Below are positions 1 to 10,064 of a stretch of DNA of 49,261 nt, piece after piece (the first letter of the stretch is position 1; every line of letters starts with the position of its first letter). The translations under genes were made by a program, and so were the position numbers. The stretch spans positions 1 to 49,261 of the forward strand of contig RDOA01000025.1 in the NCBI GenBank assembly GCA_011364925.1, written 5' to 3'. This DNA comes from Promethearchaeota archaeon. GTDB lineage: Archaea > Asgardarchaeota > Lokiarchaeia > Sigyniarchaeales > SOKP01. Below the pieces are notes generated by a model, which worked only from the letters and a program-made list of their open reading frames with translations, made no database searches and was not told the DNA's origin.

Positions 1-211
1 ACGAAAATCCCATAGCAGCATCAGCCAAATCACAATAAACTCCTCCGTGTAGAGTTCGCATTGGATTCCAGTATTTTTCTGTTATATCCATTTCGATAGT
101 TGTGCACCCATCGCAAAAGTTGGTGACTCGAAATCCCAACAATTGAGCAATGGGAGGTGGCGAAACCTTGCCGTGAATCATATCTTCAAGATATCGTTGA
201 TATACATTCAT
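1..211 (-). CDS. PaaI-family (hotdog-fold) thioesterase, 5' part; runs off the window edge
   Basis: Manual translation from ATG at 211: MNVYQRYLEDMIHGKVSPPPIAQLLGF...NPMRTLHGGVYCDLADAAMGFS, with the NPxxxxHGG..D motif. SD AAGGAGGT upstream at about 221-228. Not in the ORF track. Confidence 0.88.
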   Translation of the reverse strand, partial: MNVYQRYLEDMIHGKVSPPPIAQLLGFRVTNFCDGCTTIEMDITEKYWNPMRTLHGGVYCDLADAAMGFS

Positions 212-379
212 TTGATCTAAACCTCCTTGAGGGATGTAATAATGTGTTGTTTTTTATAATTTCTATTTTTATTCATAATTTTTAAGAATTAACCCTTAGA
301 TAATTCAGTTTTATATCATAAGATATCTTAAAGTATAGTAAAACCGTTAGATGAGAATAACTAAACAGAGGGAGTCATT

Positions 380-565
380 TTGCCAGAATATGAAGTTAAA
401 GTAAAGTTTTTTATCTTTCCGTATCGAAAATTTAAAATAAATGCTTCTACTGAAGAGGAAGCAAGAAAAGTTGTCAATGATCAAGCTCAACACATAATTG
501 ATACCTTAGATTTCGAGATATCCAGTATTAAGGCAAAAAAGTACCTCATGGATGAGTTTCTGTGA
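380..565 (+). CDS. small hypothetical protein
   Basis: 61 aa, TTG start preceded by GAGGGAG; protein-like composition (KINASTEEEARKVV). Confidence 0.55.
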   Translation: MPEYEVKVKFFIFPYRKFKINASTEEEARKVVNDQAQHIIDTLDFEISSIKAKKYLMDEFL

Positions 566-613
566 ACATATTTTAACTGTATTTCAAACTATATGAGTAA
601 TACTTAAAAGAAA

Positions 614-1897
614 ATGGAAGAACAACCAACTTCGAAAACTTTAGGACATTTTTTTATCATTTTTGGAGGCCACGCATTCTCTTTTTTCGCTTCTTTAATA
701 GTACAATTTATTGTAATATGGTGGATTACAGTTGAGACTTCAAGCGTTTTTTATCTGACATTCGTCACATTCTGCACTTTTCTACCTCAAGTATTTATAG
801 TGCTATTTGCAGGTGTTTTCTCTGATATGTTAAATCGTAAACTAATTTTAATAACAACAAACATTTTACTGCTTATATCTACCATTGTTTTGATCTTTCT
901 TCTCTCTCTTGGCATATCTGTATTTGGTTTTATTTTAATTGTTTTAATTTTCAGAAGTATCATCCAAGCTTTTTACCAACCCACATTTTTTGCGATTTTT
1001 CCCTCAATGGTTCCACAAAAACATATAGGGAGAATTAATGGATTTATTTACTTTCTAGTTTATGTCATACAGATTTTTGCTCCCTCATATGCTTCTCGAA
1101 TGAGTTTATTTTTTCCATTTAACCAAATTCTTTGGATTGAAGTATTTGCTATAGGAAACGCATTAATTCCTTTATTCTTGCTAAAAATACCTAAGGTCAA
1201 AGAAAAGAAACAAATATCAGAGAATCGAAAGGAGGATCACTTTATAGTCTCTTTTTTTAAGCAATTTGTAGAAGGACTTAAAGGTTTAGTCGCAATTCCA
1301 GGTATTTTGTTACTCTTTATAACCATATTTGTTTTAGAATTTTTCGTTGGAATATTTTGGCCTTTTCGAATTTATTTAATTGAAATTACTCATGGTGGGT
1401 CAATCCCCGAATATTCATTACTTTTTACATTCGCATTTGTAGGCGTATTCATAGGAAGTAATATATTCGTTATCAAGAAATATTGGAACCCTGCGTTATT
1501 ATTTTTCTTTATATCTATCCTCTTGGTATTTCTTGGAGATTTAGTATTTATCCTCGCTCCTTATCAATCATTTGGACTCATTTTCTTTACCCAAATTGTT
1601 ATAGGTTTTTCATTAGTTTTCGTTTACTCAATGATCCCAACGTTTATTCAATCTACAGTACCAAAAAACAAAATAGGAAGGTTAGGTTCCATCTATTTGG
1701 CTATAACTTCCTCTGCTTCACTTTTAGGTACTTTTTTGGCGACAAAATTATTACTGATGATTCTTGATATTGAATTCCTCCTTTTAATTACATCGATCTT
1801 AGGAGTTGTATTCGCAATTACTTTATATATTGTAAGTCGAATTATAAAACTCAAAAATCTCAACTATACATTCCTTAATAAAAACGAGCATAACTAA
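614..1897 (+). CDS. MFS transporter (DHA3/macrolide-efflux-like)
   Basis: About 12 hydrophobic segments; motif A-like GVFSDMLNRK; PSMVPQKHIGRING and QSTVPKNKIGR. Confidence 0.88.
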   Translation: MEEQPTSKTLGHFFIIFGGHAFSFFASLIVQFIVIWWITVETSSVFYLTFVTFCTFLPQVFIVLFAGVFSDMLNRKLILITTNILLLISTIVLIFLLSLGISVFGFILIVLIFRSIIQAFYQPTFFAIFPSMVPQKHIGRINGFIYFLVYVIQIFAPSYASRMSLFFPFNQILWIEVFAIGNALIPLFLLKIPKVKEKKQISENRKEDHFIVSFFKQFVEGLKGLVAIPGILLLFITIFVLEFFVGIFWPFRIYLIEITHGGSIPEYSLLFTFAFVGVFIGSNIFVIKKYWNPALLFFFISILLVFLGDLVFILAPYQSFGLIFFTQIVIGFSLVFVYSMIPTFIQSTVPKNKIGRLGSIYLAITSSASLLGTFLATKLLLMILDIEFLLLITSILGVVFAITLYIVSRIIKLKNLNYTFLNKNEHN

Positions 1898-2304
1898 GCT
1901 TCTTCTGTATCCCGTATATTCCAAAATATAATTTCCTTAGAAATCCCACCATTTTTCTTAATTGATTCTGCAATCTGAGCTTCTGTCTCCCCGTAGTTTT
2001 GTGTATATGTAAAATTACAGCTTACATTTTTATCCTTTATTCCTATATTCTCAATAAGTTTTATTATGGCAGGTGCTGGTTTCCCAGCCCATATAGGTCC
2101 GCATACTATTAAATTATTATATTTTTCGATATTAATCTGCTTTGCTTTCTTAGCTAAGCGTTTTTTTCTTAAGAAAAACTGGAACACACGAAGCATTGTA
2201 CCCGGGTTAAATTCAATAAGATCATAATTCTTTGCTTGGGCTATATTGGTTGCAATCCCTTCATTATTTCCAAATATTGAATAATATATTACTAAGGTAT
2301 CCAC
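1894..2304 (-). CDS. flavodoxin-like protein
   Basis: VIYYSIFGNNE phosphate loop; GPIWAG. Confidence 0.8.
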   Translation of the reverse strand: MDTLVIYYSIFGNNEGIATNIAQAKNYDLIEFNPGTMLRVFQFFLRKKRLAKKAKQINIEKYNNLIVCGPIWAGKPAPAIIKLIENIGIKDKNVSCNFTYTQNYGETEAQIAESIKKNGGISKEIIFWNIRDTEEA

Positions 2305-2440
2305 TTTTACTCAAATCTTTTTATATATTTTGATTAGATTCAAAATAATATCAAATTAGACAAATTTATAAATTTTTTTTAGTCCAATATTTGATATTCA
2401 TCCCTAGGATGATTTAAAATAAAAAGTGAAAAATAAAAAA

Positions 2441-2899
2441 TCATTTAACGATTAAAACGTCTACATCCACATGATTCATTACATATTCTGGAACCGTACC
2501 AACAATAGTACGCCTTAATTTTGAGTGTTTCCCTCCGCAACCTAAAACAACGAGATCAAAATTTTCTTCTTTGACCTTTTCCTCAATGTAATACTCGGGA
2601 CCAAAATCGAAAATCCTTCGAATTTCGACTTTTAACCCTTTATCCTCGAATTTTGCTTGAACATCCTCCAATTGTTTCGTTCCTTCCTTAACTATATCGT
2701 TGTGAATCTCGTAGCTTAGATTTGCATCGATTTTTCCTACAAATGTGGGCGTTAATTCCGTGATGTGGTGTAAAAACGAATGAAACACTACTACTTCAGC
2801 GTTAGTTTCCTTTTGAATCTCTATTACTTTATCTACTGCTTTCATAGCGTTTTCAGATTTATCAATACCTAACAATATTTTCTTAAACATTTTTAGCAT
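2441..2899 (-). CDS. universal stress protein (UspA family)
   Basis: FKKILLGIDKSENA N-terminus; DLVVLG..G....GTVPEYV...DVLIVK. Confidence 0.92.
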   Translation of the reverse strand: MLKMFKKILLGIDKSENAMKAVDKVIEIQKETNAEVVVFHSFLHHITELTPTFVGKIDANLSYEIHNDIVKEGTKQLEDVQAKFEDKGLKVEIRRIFDFGPEYYIEEKVKEENFDLVVLGCGGKHSKLRRTIVGTVPEYVMNHVDVDVLIVK

Positions 2900-3233
2900 C
2901 TTATTTATAATTAGTTGTCTAATTACAAGATACGAAACTTCCCGTATAAAGCTCTTTATTATAGATTATTTAGTAGTATTACAATCAATTTTCAACTAAT
3001 AACAATGGATTTGTTAAAATTAATGATTTATAAAAATCAAAAATAAGACCATTTTAATACTTGTGTATTTAAAGAATTAGCTAAAAAATACCCCTAGGTA
3101 TTTTTACTTAATTTATTTTTAATTATTACTATTGGTGTTGGTAGAATTTTTATATTACGCACCAACTTAAAACATAATAATTCAGAAAAAAATAATGTCG
3201 TGTTCAGTAAAAGAAGGATAATAAGGGGTTGAA

Positions 3234-3770
3234 ATGGAAAGCGTAAATCAACTGTGGATAAAGAGAATTTATGAAAAGTGTAGCGGATGCAGAAGATGTG
3301 AGATTGCGTGCTCTCTGTATCACGAAGGGAAAATTTGGCCGGAAGCTTCAAGGGTAAGAGTATTTATGTTTGTTCCGGGAGTCGAAATACCTCATCTCTG
3401 CTTTCAATGCGACGATTATCCGTGTGTTCAAGCATGTCCCGAGGAAGCTCTGTCAGTAGACGATCGTACAGGAGCTGTAATCACTGACAAGTCAAAATGT
3501 ACCGCATGTGGAACGTGTATTGATGCCTGTCCTGGAAGAGTACCCCATCTCCATCCTCAACATGATTATATCGTAATTTGTGATTTATGTGGTGGAAATC
3601 CGAAATGTACAGTTAGTTGTCAAGAAGGTAAGTGGGATTCTTTGGTTCTCTTAGAAGGTCAAGATGTTGAATCGGAAAAAGCACCGGCAAACACACCTAA
3701 GAATCTCACCTACGAAACTGCAAAAGCAGTATTGGGTGAAAAAACGACGGAAGAGGTGTATGAATGGTGA
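3234..3770 (+). CDS. polyferredoxin small subunit of tungsten oxidoreductase (WOR5-S-like, DmsB-like)
   Basis: CSGCRRCEIAC, CFQCDDYPCVQACP, CTACGTCIDACP, CDLCGGNPKC; overlaps the AOR start by 7 nt. Confidence 0.92.
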   Translation: MESVNQLWIKRIYEKCSGCRRCEIACSLYHEGKIWPEASRVRVFMFVPGVEIPHLCFQCDDYPCVQACPEEALSVDDRTGAVITDKSKCTACGTCIDACPGRVPHLHPQHDYIVICDLCGGNPKCTVSCQEGKWDSLVLLEGQDVESEKAPANTPKNLTYETAKAVLGEKTTEEVYEW

Positions 3771-5641
3771 ATGGTTATGCAGGAAAATTTCTAGAAATTG
3801 ATCTAACAAATAAAAAAGTTAGTAAAATCACCATTCCAGATAGAATTCTCCAGGATTACATCGGAGGAAGAGGATTAGGAGTAAAAATTTTATGGGATAG
3901 ACTTGGAAATAGGTGGGAGTCAATTGATCCTTTAGGTCCTGAAAATATTTTACTTATGCTTACTGGTCCTTTAACGGGCTATTTCCTTGGTGCTAGAATT
4001 TGCGTAACTGGAAAATCCCCTCAGGGTAATGGAATTATAGGTTCAACAGTCGCTGGAGAATTTGGCGTGGAGTTGAAATGTGCCGGTTATGACGGAATTA
4101 TTTTTACGGGAAAAGCTGAAAAGCCGAGTTACGTATTCATTTGTGACGATAAAGTAGAAATTAAAGACGCTTCACACATATGGGGAAAAACTAGCAGAGA
4201 ATCTATGCGTTATCTTGTAAAAGATTCGATTAGCGACATCAAAAAGATCCATCCTAATTTTGGGGAGTTTAAGGAACCTTCCGTTCTCTATATAGGTCCT
4301 GCTGGAGAAAATAAGTCCCGGGTTGCTTCTGTAGAAGCAAAATATGCGCATGCAGCTGGTTACGGAGGATATGGTGGCGTAATGGGCTCGAAAAACTTGA
4401 AAGCTGTAGTAGTAAAAGGTTTTAGATACTTGCCCGATGTAGCTGATCAAGATAAAATGCTCGAACTATCGCAGGAATTTGCAGATAATTGCTTTAGGAT
4501 AGAGTTTTTTAGACGTTGGGGTACGGGATCGGGAGGCTATACATTTGGTCATGACTCAAGTTCAGAACCCGTTAGAAATTGGCAGGAAGAATGGCATAAT
4601 GAGAAAAGTTATAAAGGCGAAGAATTCGATAAATTTTGGGTAAAGAAGTACTGGGGAGATTACGGTTGTCCCGTTACGTGCCTAAAATTAGCGGTGTTAA
4701 GAGAGGGAAAGTACGCTGGAGCAGTCTGTGACAACCCCGATTACGAGCTTGAAGCGTTTCTGGGGGCTAATTTAGGCATTTTTTCACCAGAGCAGAACAT
4801 TTATCTCTCCTATATCATAGAAGAATTAGGATTTTGTGGTATTCAAGGTGGGGCAATTTTGGGATTTGCTGGAGAATTATTCCAAAGAGGTATCCTTTCA
4901 AAAGAAGATTTAGGAGGAATAAACCTTGAATGGGGAAATGTTGATGCGTTTGCCGAACTAGCTAGAAAAATTGCGTTTAGAGAAGGTATAGGAGATATAT
5001 TAGCAGAAGGAATATATCGAGCGGCTTTGAAATTGGAACAAATGAAAAAAACAGAAGTTCTCAAATACGCTATTCATCTTAAAGGCATGGCAATAGGAGC
5101 TCATGGCCTTAAAAGCGGCAAAGACATGGTTACGCAAACTCCGATTGGATATAGCGTGTCAGTTCAAGCAGGAGACCACACATCGTCAGCAGCTCTTCCT
5201 ATTGATGGAGATGGAAGCGAATTATACTCAATTCTCAGCGATTCTGGAGTGTATTGCTTTTTTACCACTTTTACCCTAGAATTTGATCAAATTGCAAGTT
5301 TCTATCGCGCCGTTACAGGTTGGGAATTACAAAATGAAAGCTGGTTCAACGAAAAAGGGTTAAGAATTCTACAATTACAGAGAACCGTGGCATTGCTTGG
5401 AGGTCCGGACGCGGAGTGGCGATCAAAGCAAGATGATACTTTACCTTCTAGGTTTTGGGAACCTCTCCCCTCGGGACCATATAAAGGAGAATCAATAGAC
5501 AAAATCGAATTCGAGCAATTAAAATCCGAATATTACTTAGCGGTTGGGTGGAACGAAGAAGGTGTACCCTCTTCTGAAATATTGCAAAAATTAGATTTAA
5601 GAGATGTTGAATTAAAACTTAAAAAAGAGGGCTTTTTATAA
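3764..5641 (+). CDS. aor: tungsten aldehyde:ferredoxin oxidoreductase family, WOR5-like large subunit
   Basis: GYAGKFLEIDL, GGRGLG, KSPQGNG, GGYGGVMGSKNLKAV, SSEPVRNWQEE, WGDYGCPVTC, LGGPD, EPLPSGP; SD GAGGTG. Confidence 0.93.
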   Translation: MVNGYAGKFLEIDLTNKKVSKITIPDRILQDYIGGRGLGVKILWDRLGNRWESIDPLGPENILLMLTGPLTGYFLGARICVTGKSPQGNGIIGSTVAGEFGVELKCAGYDGIIFTGKAEKPSYVFICDDKVEIKDASHIWGKTSRESMRYLVKDSISDIKKIHPNFGEFKEPSVLYIGPAGENKSRVASVEAKYAHAAGYGGYGGVMGSKNLKAVVVKGFRYLPDVADQDKMLELSQEFADNCFRIEFFRRWGTGSGGYTFGHDSSSEPVRNWQEEWHNEKSYKGEEFDKFWVKKYWGDYGCPVTCLKLAVLREGKYAGAVCDNPDYELEAFLGANLGIFSPEQNIYLSYIIEELGFCGIQGGAILGFAGELFQRGILSKEDLGGINLEWGNVDAFAELARKIAFREGIGDILAEGIYRAALKLEQMKKTEVLKYAIHLKGMAIGAHGLKSGKDMVTQTPIGYSVSVQAGDHTSSAALPIDGDGSELYSILSDSGVYCFFTTFTLEFDQIASFYRAVTGWELQNESWFNEKGLRILQLQRTVALLGGPDAEWRSKQDDTLPSRFWEPLPSGPYKGESIDKIEFEQLKSEYYLAVGWNEEGVPSSEILQKLDLRDVELKLKKEGFL

Positions 5642-5705
5642 AATTTATAAAAATGGACTCCTATAATCTTTTATTTTTTAGAATTAATCCTATCTCATAT
5701 AAAAT

Positions 5706-6329
5706 TTGTCAAAATGTTCTATGACGGTGTCTATTATCGTGAAGATTTTCTCGAGAGGAATGGCAGGTTTAATAATATTTGTTGGTACTGTTCAATGGTT
5801 AATGATGATCTTAATATCAGAAAGTTTTCAACCCAGCTATAACAGTTCTTTACATTATGTTAGCTCTTTGGGGGTTGGTACGACTGCTCTTGCTTATAAT
5901 CTTTCAATCATAATATTTGGTTTGAGCTTGATCCTATCGTCCATAATCCTCTACAAAGCATTGAGTATCAAATTATTCACTTCGTTATTACTTATTACTG
6001 GAATATTCATAATAGGAGTAGGAGTATTTCCCGAGGATTCAAGGCCTATGCATGGTTACGTCACTGCTTTTGCATTTATTTTTGCAGTTTCACTTCCTAT
6101 TATCTCTTTTAAAATGCTAAAACGCCCCTTTTCCTATATTTCAATTGTAATAGGTTTAATTACTCTCACATTGTTAATATTTTTCTTTCCATACTTGGGA
6201 TTACCCGCAGAATCAACTACCACCATATTAGGATTAGCAAAGGGAACTATGGAGCGGTTAGTTATTTATCCTCTTTTAATTTGGATGATAAGCTTCAGTG
6301 TTTCATTATTGCAACCTAACACGAAGTAA
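5706..6329 (+). CDS. DUF998-family membrane protein; true start probably further downstream (5721, 5739 or 5760)
   Basis: PSYN...HYVSSLG, GVGVFPED..MH, GTMERL; several TM segments. Confidence 0.75.
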   Translation: MSKCSMTVSIIVKIFSRGMAGLIIFVGTVQWLMMILISESFQPSYNSSLHYVSSLGVGTTALAYNLSIIIFGLSLILSSIILYKALSIKLFTSLLLITGIFIIGVGVFPEDSRPMHGYVTAFAFIFAVSLPIISFKMLKRPFSYISIVIGLITLTLLIFFFPYLGLPAESTTTILGLAKGTMERLVIYPLLIWMISFSVSLLQPNTK

Positions 6330-6435
6330 AATTCATTTTTTTTTATATTTTAATTTTTAATTATCCTTAGAGAATGCTCTCTAATTTGAAAAATTGAGTT
6401 TTAAAAAATATTTATCTAAAAAATGAATCATTGAT

Positions 6436-7137
6436 TCAATCAGAAGAAATTTTAGCTTTTAAAGTGGTTTCTTCGAGCAAGTTTTGGTATATTTCGTTAG
6501 CTCTACGTTTGATTAAATCTCTTTTTTGGGCCTTGCCTCTTTTAGAATTATAAAATCTATCCATGGCAAACCTTCGCCACTTTTTTTTCCAAGCCGGGAA
6601 ACCTGTTTTAACATAACGCTCCCGATTTGGAAAATCTTGACATACCCAGTTAAATAAAATAAAATATCTCTGAATACCGGAGTCTGTTGTAAGATTAGGA
6701 GAGCGTACTCCCAATTTTCGAAGGTGTTGAATAAACCTCCCTTCCACGGCTTCTTGTAGCTTTCCTTCAACAATTGCCGGCTCGTAATATATCTCATTCT
6801 CTTCGAAATATTCCCTAACTAAGTCAAAACAATTACCACGGCAGAGAAGTATCCTATCTCCTTTGCGGTGATTTAGTGTTTTAAGCCCGTCAATAATTAC
6901 CTTAAGAATTCGTTTCTTAGGCTGATCGTCGTCCTTGTTCTCTTCATTATAGAGCCCAACAGGAATCGATCGAAAAATAGTTTTTCCCGTGCTCGCGTCT
7001 CGTAAGCCAATAAAGGCATCCCCGACGAGATCACCCGTCCCAGCATCATCAATTTCTATTGTCCTTCCCTTCCACTCGCTGGGATTTATAGTGGACTGGC
7101 ACGATACTTGATCGTCTTTTTCTGTTTCTGTCTTCAT
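6436..7137 (-). CDS. conserved hypothetical protein with RNase HII-like N-terminal acidic motif
   Basis: IEIDDAGTGDLVGDAFIG resembles RNase HII GIDEAGRGP; basic C-terminus. Confidence 0.55.
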   Translation of the reverse strand: MKTETEKDDQVSCQSTINPSEWKGRTIEIDDAGTGDLVGDAFIGLRDASTGKTIFRSIPVGLYNEENKDDDQPKKRILKVIIDGLKTLNHRKGDRILLCRGNCFDLVREYFEENEIYYEPAIVEGKLQEAVEGRFIQHLRKLGVRSPNLTTDSGIQRYFILFNWVCQDFPNRERYVKTGFPAWKKKWRRFAMDRFYNSKRGKAQKRDLIKRRANEIYQNLLEETTLKAKISSD

Positions 7138-7276
7138 TAATAATGTGAAAGGTTGAGATCATAAATACATTTCGGTTTTATTTTGTAAAGTTCGTCTAAT
7201 TTTATGGGATTTCAATGGGTGAAAAAATTATTAAAAAAAATACAAATTATCTATGAGATGTAAGCAAGAGATAAGA

Positions 7277-8053
7277 TTAAATTTTCCGTGCGACGGTTAA
7301 AATCCGCCTTAAATTGTCGAGTATAGGGAGGTATCTTTTTGCCTCCATAATCCATGTAAATGCACCATCTCTTCCCATATCTTTGATTAACACTTTCTTT
7401 AATTCTATAGTTTTCTGATAAACTTTTCTTTGACGTTCCTTCCAACCTGACGTTTCGATATAGGATATTACATTAAATCCTGCATCTCGAAGATAAGAGC
7501 GGTAATCATTGATTTTTTGCGATGTCTTATTTTCCCAAGTTGTAAATACGAAATGTGCATCTGGACATAAGACTCTTGCGGCTTCTTTGAATACTACTAG
7601 GGGATCAGGGATAAAAGAAATAACATCAACACTCAAAGCACCATCAAAACTGTTTTCAGGAAAGTCTAAAGCATACATGTCCCCTACTCGAAAATCTACT
7701 GTTCCTTCAATATTGAAATTTGATAAACGCTGTTTAGCTTGATCAATCGCATTCTCAGAGAGATCGATTCCCACATAATTTGCTCCTGTTTCGCGTGCGA
7801 TCCACAATCCCGGTCCCCCTCTGCCACAACCCATATCAAGGATTTTTTTCCCCCGAGATACTTTAAGATCTTCAGCAATGGTTCGTAGATCAGTTAATGT
7901 AACAAAACTATCTGGATTTGCTTCTTCCGGATAGTCTTCTTTATATACTTCCCGGAATATGTTTCTATACGACTCACTTCTTTCTTTTCTAAAGACATTT
8001 TCAAATAGAATCTTTAAATTCTCTAAAGCCTTCTCCTCAATCTTTTCATTCAT
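7277..8053 (-). CDS. class I SAM-dependent methyltransferase
   Basis: ILDMGCGRGG, GIDLS, GDM, FDGALS. Confidence 0.9.
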   Translation of the reverse strand: MNEKIEEKALENLKILFENVFRKERSESYRNIFREVYKEDYPEEANPDSFVTLTDLRTIAEDLKVSRGKKILDMGCGRGGPGLWIARETGANYVGIDLSENAIDQAKQRLSNFNIEGTVDFRVGDMYALDFPENSFDGALSVDVISFIPDPLVVFKEAARVLCPDAHFVFTTWENKTSQKINDYRSYLRDAGFNVISYIETSGWKERQRKVYQKTIELKKVLIKDMGRDGAFTWIMEAKRYLPILDNLRRILTVARKI

Positions 8054-8072
8054 ATCTATTCAACTGTAATAT

Positions 8073-8828
8073 TTAAGGAATAAGATTCTTGTTAAATTCT
8101 GGTAATTCGTCTGGTGGCCATCCTCTAGGCGTTTTGTAGTTTATTACATATCTATGGTCGCACATAGGAGCTCCAAATCCTAAAGTTTGAGTACGAGAGA
8201 ATCCAAATCCCAAAATATTCGCTTCAGAAAAGTCTGCTAAACAAAAAAAAGGAACAAACCTTTCAGCACCTAGGCGTTTAAATACTTTATGAAATGAACA
8301 CTCGTGAAAATTAAATCCCCACTCAAAAGTTTTTCCATCGCCTTCGATATAATCTACAACCCAATCCTCTGGGTACTCCCTTAACTTTGATGTTTCACAT
8401 AGTTTTTTAGCATAATCAACATAAGCTTGTTCAAAGGTGTATTGAGCAGGATCTTTACCAATCTTCTCTAAATTATTTCTTCTGATTGTATTGCTTATAT
8501 CACGGTATTCATAATAGAATTCTCCAATATCTCTAAGACTAAAACCCTCTCTCTCTAAAACATAAAACATCGCTAGATTGGATATCCCTCCAATAAGGAG
8601 CGTAGTAAAAGAATTTTTTCTTCCACCAATATAGGGAATTTCTGGTATGAGCTTTTCATATTCTGCTTTCATTTCATTAAATAAATCGTCGATTTTATCA
8701 TTAGAAAACTTTCTTTTAAGGACATCTCTCACAATCTCTAAAGATTTAGAAAATTCCTCCATTAATTTTGGTTTTCTTTTAATATAATAATCGTTTATCT
8801 CTTTAACAGTCAATTCTACATATTTCAC
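8073..8828 (-). CDS. L-2-amino-thiazoline-4-carboxylic acid hydrolase-like (ATC hydrolase) family protein
   Basis: IPYIGG, FHECSF, FCLADF, RTQTLGFGAPMCDHRY. Confidence 0.8.
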   Translation of the reverse strand: MKYVELTVKEINDYYIKRKPKLMEEFSKSLEIVRDVLKRKFSNDKIDDLFNEMKAEYEKLIPEIPYIGGRKNSFTTLLIGGISNLAMFYVLEREGFSLRDIGEFYYEYRDISNTIRRNNLEKIGKDPAQYTFEQAYVDYAKKLCETSKLREYPEDWVVDYIEGDGKTFEWGFNFHECSFHKVFKRLGAERFVPFFCLADFSEANILGFGFSRTQTLGFGAPMCDHRYVINYKTPRGWPPDELPEFNKNLIP

Positions 8829-8932
8829 CTTTAAAAAATTAAAATATGGACTTAGATTAAATGAAAATTACGTTAAGTTCCTTTTTAATATTGACCATTA
8901 TGTCTTATTTATCTAAGATACTACATTTACAA

Positions 8933-9433
8933 CTAATTAATCTTAATTTTACTTAGAATATCCTCAAAATAATGGATATTTCCTTGCTTTAATTCATCTT
9001 TTAAAGCGTTTGCTAGCGAATATCTAAAAGCCCATACCTCTACATTTTTCCCTATTTCTTTTAATTTTTTGACTACAGGGACAAAATCGCCATCTCCAGA
9101 AACTAATACTGCTGTATCATACGCGTTTTCGTAGCCAAGAGAGATAATATCGACCGCGATACCTATGTCAACTTTTTTTTCATCTACTCCTTGTGAAGTA
9201 ATCTTATCAAAACTCGCTTTTATCTCATATCCACTTTTACTACTCAAATCATTATACCATCTCTGCTTCTCTGGGGTTATAGGATATACAATCCCCTCAT
9301 ACAAATAAATAGCTTGCAAATTCCTATTATTAACTAGTAAAATTTTCAATTTTTCATAATCAGCTTTAATATTGAATTTTCTAAAACCCTGGAAAATATT
9401 GCTATTATCAAGAAAAATTACAATTCGATTCAT
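8933..9433 (-). CDS. NYN domain (LabA/DUF88, PIN-like) protein
   Basis: FLDNSN, EKKVDIGIAVD, LVSGDGDFVP acidic motifs. Confidence 0.92.
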   Translation of the reverse strand: MNRIVIFLDNSNIFQGFRKFNIKADYEKLKILLVNNRNLQAIYLYEGIVYPITPEKQRWYNDLSSKSGYEIKASFDKITSQGVDEKKVDIGIAVDIISLGYENAYDTAVLVSGDGDFVPVVKKLKEIGKNVEVWAFRYSLANALKDELKQGNIHYFEDILSKIKIN

Positions 9434-9490
9434 TTGAAATCTCTACAAAACTTCAATTATTTTATAAAACTCTATGTAAATCAAAATTCA

Positions 9491-9967
9491 TCATCTCAAG
9501 GTAACGGGATATAGTTCATAACTATCCGTATACTCCATATGTTCGATTACCGGTCCTATGGAGAATATATTGGTTAAAGCATTAAATAAATCTATGGAGG
9601 GAGATTTTTCTAATGTGACACCAAAATAGAGTAAATACTCATCATCCCATTCTTCTATAAATTCATTCATGATATAGCCAATATAGGTCGTCTTCCGGTC
9701 ATCTTGTTTAAAAATGAATTTTATATCTTTTAAGGGTAAATAAAACGTACCATGCCTCATCGGAAAAAGTGTAATTAAATGTTCAAAGGGAACTATTTCA
9801 TCACTTAATAAGGATATATGCGTATTTTGAATCCATCTTAAGTTGGTTAGAATCCAAAACCCCCGCAACCTCTCTCTTTTCAGCTTGGTTGCGGTCCATA
9901 GTACATACTCATTCCTTTCCAAACAAACCTGCTCCTCAGCTTTCAAATACCGATTGATTTCTTCCAT
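9491..9967 (-). CDS. hypothetical protein (possible PH-like fold)
   Basis: 158-aa ORF filling the gap between co-oriented genes; GFWILTNLRW and YLPLKDI patterns. Confidence 0.55.
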   Translation of the reverse strand: MEEINRYLKAEEQVCLERNEYVLWTATKLKRERLRGFWILTNLRWIQNTHISLLSDEIVPFEHLITLFPMRHGTFYLPLKDIKFIFKQDDRKTTYIGYIMNEFIEEWDDEYLLYFGVTLEKSPSIDLFNALTNIFSIGPVIEHMEYTDSYELYPVTLR

Positions 9968-10064
9968 CTTGTATTTCGCTTGAAATTTGATTAGTTATTA
10001 TATCATCATATTTCTTTTTAAACTTAAAATTATTATTAGACTATAAGAAAGATTATCCAAAAAA

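Noticed and set aside
3094-3351. Short overlapping alternative ORFs (e.g. 3094..3351, 1483..1767, 4172..4450, 6513..6797, 13383..13676, 15034..15363, 24666..24947)
   Set aside because: They overlap well-supported genes in other frames or strands and have no motifs or SD support.
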